A stretch of DNA of 43,079 nucleotides from a virus (Duplodnaviria; Caudoviricetes), in the IMG/VR virus record IMGVR_UViG_3300043443_000068, positions 1 to 43,079 of that record; one strand, given 5' to 3'. Below the pieces are notes generated by a model that saw nothing but the letters and a program-made list of their open reading frames with translations, was not told where the DNA came from and ran no database searches. How positions within the stretch are numbered: the first letter of the stretch is position 1; each line of letters starts with the position of its first letter. Of the stretch, positions 37,216-43,079 are shown one piece after another. The translations under genes were made by a program, and so were the position numbers.

Positions 37216-37433
37216 CAGGCGAACTAGAAGATGCGTCAGACGCATTTTGTTGTGGTGATGTTACCTTTTTGAAGGGCGGTTACGAAAACCAATTCTCATT
37301 GAGGCGATTGTTTGAGTACAAAGAAAAAAAATACGAAGTAAAAGCAACTAAATTGCTTGAAGAAATAGAAGAACACCCACCAATGTATATTTGGCATGGT
37401 GGTTACGAAACATTTGAAATTAAAGGAATCTAA
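37212..37433 (+). CDS. hypothetical protein
   Basis: GAGG RBS, ATGA overlap. Confidence 0.6.
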   Translation: MTGELEDASDAFCCGDVTFLKGGYENQFSLRRLFEYKEKKYEVKATKLLEEIEEHPPMYIWHGGYETFEIKGI

Positions 37434-37943
37434 ATGAGCTATATCATCGAGAACATCACCCAGAAAGAAGTCAACACCAAGTTCGGCCCTAAGCCAGCAT
37501 TCACTGTGCATGCTAACGGTGATCGGTTTAGCTACGGCTTCAAGAAGCCAACCTTCAAGATTGGCGACACCGTAGACTTCCAATATACCGAGAACACCTA
37601 CGGCAAGAACGTCGATCTAGCAAGCGTTCGTCTACTCAGCAAGGGGGAGGGTGCACCTGCTATCTCCGGTGTTGTTGTAGGCGGTTCTAGCCCTGGTCCT
37701 AAGGCTTATAGCAACCCTGCTAAGGTGTTCCCAATTCCCCCGCTACATGGTGATCGTGCCATTGTGCGTCAGAATTCAATCACCAATGCTGTGAAAGCTG
37801 TGTCTGATATTCTCGACAGCGATGGTATGCATATCGAACTGTACGTAGACACCATCATTTCAGTTGCCCGTAAGTTTGAAGCCTACTCCTGTGGCGATCT
37901 TGACGCAGCACAAGCTGAAGAGATGGTTTCTAAAGAGGCATAA
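37434..37943 (+). CDS. probable ssDNA-binding protein (OB-fold-like)
   Basis: Aromatic beta-rich N-terminal domain, IVRQN motif; lies between polymerase and nuclease. Confidence 0.5.
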   Translation: MSYIIENITQKEVNTKFGPKPAFTVHANGDRFSYGFKKPTFKIGDTVDFQYTENTYGKNVDLASVRLLSKGEGAPAISGVVVGGSSPGPKAYSNPAKVFPIPPLHGDRAIVRQNSITNAVKAVSDILDSDGMHIELYVDTIISVARKFEAYSCGDLDAAQAEEMVSKEA

Positions 37944-38770
37944 TGAAGACAATCGACACCCTAGTAAGCGACGTTTACAAGTTCATCAGTGGTGAGGTTC
38001 CCGCAGCCACTACGAACAACAATGTAAGTGTCAGCTACGACAAGTGGCTTAGCCCACGGTCTTCTGTTCGGGAGAAGAACATTCTGTACTTCAGCGAAGT
38101 AGGTGATCCCTGCCCACGACGCCTGTGGTACAAATACAACTCTCCTGAAATTGCAGAGAAGCATGACGGCAACACCCTGCTCAAGTTCTTCTATGGCGAC
38201 ATTCTGGAAGAGCTAGTGCTCAACGTTGCAGAGGATGCTGGTCACAGTGTTACTAGTAAGCAAGAGCGTGTGCTGTATGACGTTGGTAATGGCTGGTATA
38301 TTCGTGGTCGCATTGACGCAATCATTGACGGCGTAGTTGTGGATGTGAAGAGCACCACCAAGTACGGCGAAGAGAAGTTCAAGAACAACCTACGAGAGGA
38401 CCCATTCGGCTACTACCAACAACTAAACGGATATGCTTCTACTCTTAACCATGATAATGCTGGCTTTGTTACTATTCAGAAAGAGCTAGGGCATATCAAC
38501 TACTACCCCATCGAGGTAAACAAAGCGCTGTTCAAGCTGCAAGCTGACCATGCTGTAGAGTCTGTATCACAGGCTACCCCTGACAGCATTCCACGGCTAG
38601 ACCCTGTTCCAGCTAGTAAGACCAGTAAGAATAGTAAGCTGTGTACATCGTGTAGCTATTGCACCTACAAGAAACAATGCTGGCCTGAGATGCGTACATT
38701 CTTGTATGCTAGCGGTCCAGAGTTTCTAGTGAATGTTGTGGATGTTCCACGAGTTCAGGAGATTGTATGA
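37943..38770 (+). CDS. Cas4-like PD-(D/E)XK exonuclease
   Basis: CPRRLWY; GRID...DVKS; QLNGY; CSYC.....C. Confidence 0.85.
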   Translation: MKTIDTLVSDVYKFISGEVPAATTNNNVSVSYDKWLSPRSSVREKNILYFSEVGDPCPRRLWYKYNSPEIAEKHDGNTLLKFFYGDILEELVLNVAEDAGHSVTSKQERVLYDVGNGWYIRGRIDAIIDGVVVDVKSTTKYGEEKFKNNLREDPFGYYQQLNGYASTLNHDNAGFVTIQKELGHINYYPIEVNKALFKLQADHAVESVSQATPDSIPRLDPVPASKTSKNSKLCTSCSYCTYKKQCWPEMRTFLYASGPEFLVNVVDVPRVQEIV

Positions 38771-38976
38771 GAGTAATTAAAGAAGGGTACGTTCTGTATC
38801 ACATCGCAGGCAAGAATTATGTCTGCATGCAAAACACACAGACACCTAAAGTATATGCGTCCAAAAAGAAAGCTATTGAAAGTGCAGGTTATCGTAATGT
38901 AGATAACGATCCACAATTTAAAGTTGAGAAAGTATTTCTAGTAACAGGAGAAGATGATGACAACCAAGCAATTTGA
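38767..38976 (+). CDS. hypothetical protein
   Basis: AGGAG RBS. Confidence 0.6.
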   Translation: MRVIKEGYVLYHIAGKNYVCMQNTQTPKVYASKKKAIESAGYRNVDNDPQFKVEKVFLVTGEDDDNQAI

Positions 38977-39247
38977 ATTTTCATACTCAACCAACGAAGA
39001 TCCTGACGAGGTTACATTCGACGACATTGAGTATCCCCATCACAAACGCATTGACCACCGGGTGTATTTCACCGACAACACTCGCTGGCCTGACGTACTA
39101 CGAGAGTTTGCAAAGTTCCTAGATGCTACCGGCTATGTAGGTGTGTACGAGCGCATTGAGAAATTCATTGATGAGAACGATGCTCCACTACGTAAATATC
39201 TAGAGGAAGACGATGAAGATACTAGTAATCCCGGATTGTCAGATTAA
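38954..39247 (+). CDS. hypothetical acidic protein
   Basis: AGGAG RBS. Confidence 0.65.
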   Translation: MMTTKQFEFSYSTNEDPDEVTFDDIEYPHHKRIDHRVYFTDNTRWPDVLREFAKFLDATGYVGVYERIEKFIDENDAPLRKYLEEDDEDTSNPGLSD

Positions 39248-40001
39248 AGATGGCGTTCCTACTGATCATCTCGATTGGGCTGGTCGCGCTATTGCTGATT
39301 ACCGTCCTGACGTTGTGGTTAACATGGGCGACTTTGCAGACATGCCAAGCCTCTCTACTCACGATGTTAGAGGAAGTAAGTACTTTGAAGGACTACGATA
39401 CAAGAAAGATGTAGAGGTAACCAAAACAGCAATGCAGAAGCTTCTGGCACCTCTCCGCGAACTTCAAGACAAACAGAAGAAGAACAAGGAGAAGGTGTAC
39501 AAGCCCCGCATGATTATGCTTCTTGGTAACCACGAAAACCGCATTGATCGAGCCATCAACAACAACCCTACACTAGAGGGTTTAATCTCAACTAAGGATT
39601 TATGTTATGAACGAGATTGGGAAGTACACGCATTCCTTCACCCTGTTTTTATCAATGGTGTTGGTTTCAACCATTATTGGCCTGTTGGAGCTATGGGTAG
39701 GCCCGCAGGTACTGCTGCCGCTATTATTAGTAAGCTCCATATGTCTTGCATTGCTGGCCATCAGCAAGGAAAGCAAGTAGCGTACGGTAAGAGGGCAGAC
39801 GGACAACCCATCTGCGCCATCATTGCTGGCAGTTATTATCTTCACGACGAGAGTTACATGGACCAACTATCCAACAAACACTGGCGAGGTCTTGTGATGC
39901 TCAACGAAGTTAATGACGGTCACTTTGATGAGATGTTTCTATCCATTGAATATTTAGGTAAGCGGTATGGTAAACTACAGCAGACGACTACGGAGGGTTA
40001 A
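39213..40001 (+). CDS. calcineurin-like metallophosphoesterase
   Basis: IPDCQ, GDFAD, LGNHE, HY, GHQQ. Confidence 0.85.
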   Translation: MKILVIPDCQIKDGVPTDHLDWAGRAIADYRPDVVVNMGDFADMPSLSTHDVRGSKYFEGLRYKKDVEVTKTAMQKLLAPLRELQDKQKKNKEKVYKPRMIMLLGNHENRIDRAINNNPTLEGLISTKDLCYERDWEVHAFLHPVFINGVGFNHYWPVGAMGRPAGTAAAIISKLHMSCIAGHQQGKQVAYGKRADGQPICAIIAGSYYLHDESYMDQLSNKHWRGLVMLNEVNDGHFDEMFLSIEYLGKRYGKLQQTTTEG

Positions 40002-40221
40002 GCAGTTTATCGAGGAAAACTTTGACGACCCTGTAGAGCTAACCATTGCTCTCGGGTTGTCAGTAGAAGACATTGTTAATCTGCTTCCTGACGTACTGGT
40101 GGACAACTACGATAAATTCTTTGACGACGATGACAACACTGAAGAACACACGGGTAAAACTGAGCCGGACAACACTAGATCAGGAGAAGATTGGGAAGAC
40201 CCGGAAACGAGAGATTATTAA
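39967..40221 (+). CDS. hypothetical acidic protein
   Basis: DPVELTIALGLSVEDIV. Confidence 0.6.
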   Translation: MVNYSRRLRRVKQFIEENFDDPVELTIALGLSVEDIVNLLPDVLVDNYDKFFDDDDNTEEHTGKTEPDNTRSGEDWEDPETRDY

Positions 40222-40262
40222 TAATGTGCAGGAACGTGATTGGGAAACGGAGTTAAAAGATT

Positions 40263-40910
40263 ATGAGCGAGGTCAACTTAGTATGGACGACCCCGGATGG
40301 GGAGAAGCAGATAGCTTACATGGCGCGGGTGTCAAATCCTGATAACCAAGACAACCCTGAGTCAGCCAAGCTTCTTAAATATCTAGTGCGTAACAAACAC
40401 TGGAGTCCATTTGAGATGGTGAATGTCTGTATGGAAATCACCACGACACGAGACATTGCACGGCAGATCCTGCGTCACCGTAGCTTCAGCTTTCAGGAGT
40501 TCAGCCAGCGTTATGCAGAGGCAAGCGACTTTGAGATGAGCGAGGTTCGACGACAAGACACTGTTAATCGACAGAACAGCATTGATGTCAACCCTGCAAC
40601 GTCCGATACAGATCGACAACTAGCCTACTGGTGGCAAGGTATTCAGAGTAAAATCCTGAATGACGTAGAGTTTCTGTACAAGAGTGCGTTAGATAAAGGC
40701 ATTGCCAAAGAGGTTGCCCGTAAGATACTACCTGAAGGCATGACTGTTTCTAAGATGTATATGAACGGTACGCTACGCAGTTGGATTCACTACGTAGAGC
40801 TACGCACAGAAGCAGGTACACAGAAGGAACATCGTCAAGTTGCTTTACAATGTAAGGATGTTCTGGTACAATGTTACCCTTTCTTGGAGGAACTATGGCA
40901 GCGTGGTTAA
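40263..40910 (+). CDS. thyX: flavin-dependent thymidylate synthase
   Basis: HWSPFE; RHRSFSFQEFSQRY; GTLRSW; QKEH. Confidence 0.95.
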   Translation: MSEVNLVWTTPDGEKQIAYMARVSNPDNQDNPESAKLLKYLVRNKHWSPFEMVNVCMEITTTRDIARQILRHRSFSFQEFSQRYAEASDFEMSEVRRQDTVNRQNSIDVNPATSDTDRQLAYWWQGIQSKILNDVEFLYKSALDKGIAKEVARKILPEGMTVSKMYMNGTLRSWIHYVELRTEAGTQKEHRQVALQCKDVLVQCYPFLEELWQRG

Positions 40911-41041
40911 TTGCACTTATCGGTGTAGTATACTTGGTAGTGGCAATCAACCTGCTGCTTACTAGTAAGATTGGCCTAGGCATTGCATTCATTGGGTACG
41001 CCCTAGGTAATGTGGGCCTGTACATGGAGGCATTAAAGTGA
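40895..41041 (+). CDS. 48 aa two-TM protein
   Basis: GGAGG RBS; WLIALIGVVYLVVA...GYALGNVGLY. Confidence 0.65.
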   Translation: MAAWLIALIGVVYLVVAINLLLTSKIGLGIAFIGYALGNVGLYMEALK

Positions 41042-41274
41042 TTAGCGAAGTAGATATTAATGACATGAAAGCACTGTATGACTTGGATAACAACACGTAT
41101 TTCAAACTTGCTCCTACAGATGTCGTGTCAGTTCCACCTGACAGTAACGAGTTTCACCTCTCAGGGGTGTATAAATTTCTGGGTCTTGATGGAATGTATA
41201 GCCGCTGTCTTGACGAAGCTGGGAATCTACATCACTTTGCAGCGTGGACTAACGTAATTCCGTGGAACGAGTGA
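41038..41274 (+). CDS. hypothetical protein
   Basis: GGAGG RBS, GTG start. Confidence 0.65.
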   Translation: MISEVDINDMKALYDLDNNTYFKLAPTDVVSVPPDSNEFHLSGVYKFLGLDGMYSRCLDEAGNLHHFAAWTNVIPWNE

Positions 41275-41798
41275 GGAACGACGGGGAGTGGACAGAGGGT
41301 CGCTATAGATCGTTCATTACTAGTACGCTACGTGGTGGGATGAGACGGTGGCCCCCTAAGTGGAAGGCACTGAAGAAGGCAGAGTTAGGTAGGAAAACAA
41401 ACAAGAAGACAGGCAAGCTAGCCATGCACTACCTGTGTGGCATGTGTAACGAAGAGCACACAGCCAAGGATGTACAGGTAGACCATATTCAGCCAGTAGT
41501 AGACCCTGCTACTGGTTTCGTTTCTTGGGACTTGTACATTGATCGTTTGTTTTGTGAGAAAGACAACCTGCAAGTATTGTGCACCAAGTGCCACAAACTA
41601 AAGACAAAGGAAGAGAATGAATCTACGAGAGTATCAAGAGCTAGCAACAAGGTTCGCACTACCGACAGCCCTAAACCGCGAGTATCTAAGCCTAGGGCTA
41701 GCAGCAGAAGCGGGGGAAGTAGCAAGCCTAGTAGCAAAAGCAGTACGAGACAGCGACGGGAACCTAAACCGAGAGTCGTTAAAAAAAGAGTTAGGTGA
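41262..41798 (+). CDS. HNH endonuclease
   Basis: CGMC...VDHIQP...NLQVLCTKCH.LKT. Confidence 0.85.
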   Translation: MERVRNDGEWTEGRYRSFITSTLRGGMRRWPPKWKALKKAELGRKTNKKTGKLAMHYLCGMCNEEHTAKDVQVDHIQPVVDPATGFVSWDLYIDRLFCEKDNLQVLCTKCHKLKTKEENESTRVSRASNKVRTTDSPKPRVSKPRASSRSGGSSKPSSKSSTRQRREPKPRVVKKRVR

Positions 41799-41931
41799 TG
41801 TGCTATGGTTCGTTGCTGTGCTAGGCCAACACTACAACATTGACATGCTAGACTTAGCTATGGGCAATATTAATAAACTACGCAGCCGTGCATCGCGTGG
41901 TGTTATTGGAGGAAGTGGAGATGACCGATAA
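41617..41931 (+). CDS. mazG: MazG-like nucleotide pyrophosphohydrolase
   Basis: LGLAAEAGEV; KELGDVLW; NINKL..R..RG.I.GSGD.R. Confidence 0.9.
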   Translation: MNLREYQELATRFALPTALNREYLSLGLAAEAGEVASLVAKAVRDSDGNLNRESLKKELGDVLWFVAVLGQHYNIDMLDLAMGNINKLRSRASRGVIGGSGDDR

Positions 41932-42109
41932 TACACAATCGGAAGAGTTCTGGGTACACCACGTAGTTAAGGATTTTGACTACATCGTTAGCAGTGGTAA
42001 GTATCCAGATTCAATTTATAACCTGCTGTCAGATAAGACAAAGACCAAGTTGTTCACACTTGCAGCAAACCAAATTTGTGAGGAGACAACCAATGGTAAT
42101 GGCTATTAG
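41921..42109 (+). CDS. hypothetical protein
   Basis: GGAGG upstream of ATG41921. Confidence 0.5.
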   Translation: MTDNTQSEEFWVHHVVKDFDYIVSSGKYPDSIYNLLSDKTKTKLFTLAANQICEETTNGNGY

Positions 42110-42227
42110 ACTAATGGCGGGCATTGCTTTAGGTTTTGACGTAAATCCTGCTCCGGGTGTTTACGTCAGCATTTACTTAGGCATTGTTGAACTTGCATTT
42201 TATAACCCAGAGGAAATTGAAGAATGA
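42093..42227 (+). CDS. 44 aa hypothetical protein
   Basis: AGGAG RBS. Confidence 0.5.
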   Translation: MVMAIRLMAGIALGFDVNPAPGVYVSIYLGIVELAFYNPEEIEE

Positions 42228-43079
42228 CACTTGGTACTTACGAAACTTTCATTGCGAAAAGCCGCTACTCACGATTCCTAGACGACAAGAATCGTCGAGA
42301 GCATTGGCCTGAAACTGTAGACCGCTACATGAACTTCATGAATCAGCAGCTACAGAAGAAGCATAACTACTCTATTCCACCATCCCTATACACGGAGCTA
42401 CATGCAGCCATCCTAAACTGCGAGGTGATGCCCTCCATGCGGGCTATGATGACTGCAGGTGATGCTCTGGAGCGAGACAACACTGCAGGTTACAACTGTT
42501 CCTACCTGCCTGTGGATGATGTTAAATCCTTCGACGAGGCTATGTATATCCTGCTGTGCGGCACGGGTGTCGGCTTCTCTGTAGAAAGCAAGTATGTCAA
42601 CAAACTACCTGAAGTACCTACGCAGCTATTTAATAGCGATACTACTATCGTTGTGTCTGACAGCAAAGCTGGTTGGGCCAAAGCCCTACGTCAGCTTATC
42701 GCCCTACTGTATTCCGGGGAAGTACCAAAATGGGACACCTCTAAAGTCCGTCCGGCAGGGGCACGCCTTAAAGTCTTTGGTGGTCGAGCTAGCGGCCCTA
42801 AACCCCTCATTTCACTCTTTGAATTTGTTACTAGTAAGTTTAAAGGTGCGGCGGGACGTAAACTTACCAGCCTGGAGTGCCATGACATTATGTGCAAGAT
42901 TGGCGAAGTCGTGGTTGTTGGTGGGGTACGTCGATCAGCGATGATTAGCCTCAGTGATTTGTCAGATGATCGGATGCGGCATGCAAAAGCAGGACAATGG
43001 TGGGAGCGAGAAGGACAACGAGCACTTGCAAACAACAGTGCATGCTATAATGACAAACCCACTGTTGGAGAGTTTATGT
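42224..43079 (+). CDS. nrdJ: class II (B12-dependent) ribonucleotide reductase, 3'-truncated by the window
   Basis: SRYSR, PSMRAMMTAG, YNCSY, GTGVGFSVE, GGRASGP, GGVRRSA, RALANNS; frame open to the window end, so absent from the ORF track. Confidence 0.9.
   Translation, partial: MTLGTYETFIAKSRYSRFLDDKNRREHWPETVDRYMNFMNQQLQKKHNYSIPPSLYTELHAAILNCEVMPSMRAMMTAGDALERDNTAGYNCSYLPVDDVKSFDEAMYILLCGTGVGFSVESKYVNKLPEVPTQLFNSDTTIVVSDSKAGWAKALRQLIALLYSGEVPKWDTSKVRPAGARLKVFGGRASGPKPLISLFEFVTSKFKGAAGRKLTSLECHDIMCKIGEVVVVGGVRRSAMISLSDLSDDRMRHAKAGQWWEREGQRALANNSACYNDKPTVGEFM

Noticed and set aside
38613-38638. Three AGTAAG repeats with 9 nt period
   Set aside because: Explained by the SKTSKNSK coding sequence
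37943-38770. CRISPR-Cas system
   Set aside because: Solo Cas4-like nuclease in the replication block; no array or other cas genes
40073-40342. 89 aa ORF between the phosphoesterase region and thyX
   Set aside because: Heavily overlaps both neighbours; a shorter gene is possible but its start cannot be supported
41617-41798. Ser/Arg-rich C-terminal domain on the HNH protein
   Set aside because: Most simply the alternative-frame read of the overlapping mazG
42594-43035. Listed ORFs 42594-42944 and 42691-43035
   Set aside because: Off-frame or antisense to nrdJ
1-43079. Stop-codon reassignment suggested by abundant TAG/CTAG
   Set aside because: All core genes are intact in the standard code; the TAGs come from CTA codons and the palindrome

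Overview
Near-complete, circularly permuted genome of a lytic podovirus-type dsDNA phage. It has T7-like virion genes, a family A DNA polymerase, primase and helicase, but no recognisable RNA polymerase, integrase or tRNA. The layout resembles SIO1/cobavirus-type (Zobellviridae-like) phages. Two arms diverge from a ~1 kb non-coding control/terminus region (26337-27382) and converge on a bidirectional terminator (346-366). The minus arm holds tail fibres, lysis genes, small basic proteins, terminase, portal, scaffold, capsid, tail tube and internal virion proteins. The plus arm holds early micro-ORFs, a VWA/MoxR pair, a Zn-deaminase, replication genes, a Cas4-like nuclease, a phosphoesterase, ThyX, HNH, MazG and a class II RNR cut by the window end. 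Main signals: (1) a leucine-specific codon switch from CTG in early genes to CTA in late genes (21/25 Leu codons in the capsid), next to a stand-alone deaminase that could edit tRNA-Leu C34; (2) a genome-wide palindrome TTACTAGTAA; (3) a bipartite candidate late promoter present twice; (4) a pseudoknot-rich ~245 nt early leader RNA; (5) a micro-peptide resembling the SSB C-terminal tail. All counts are by hand and all protein calls come from motif recognition, not database searches.
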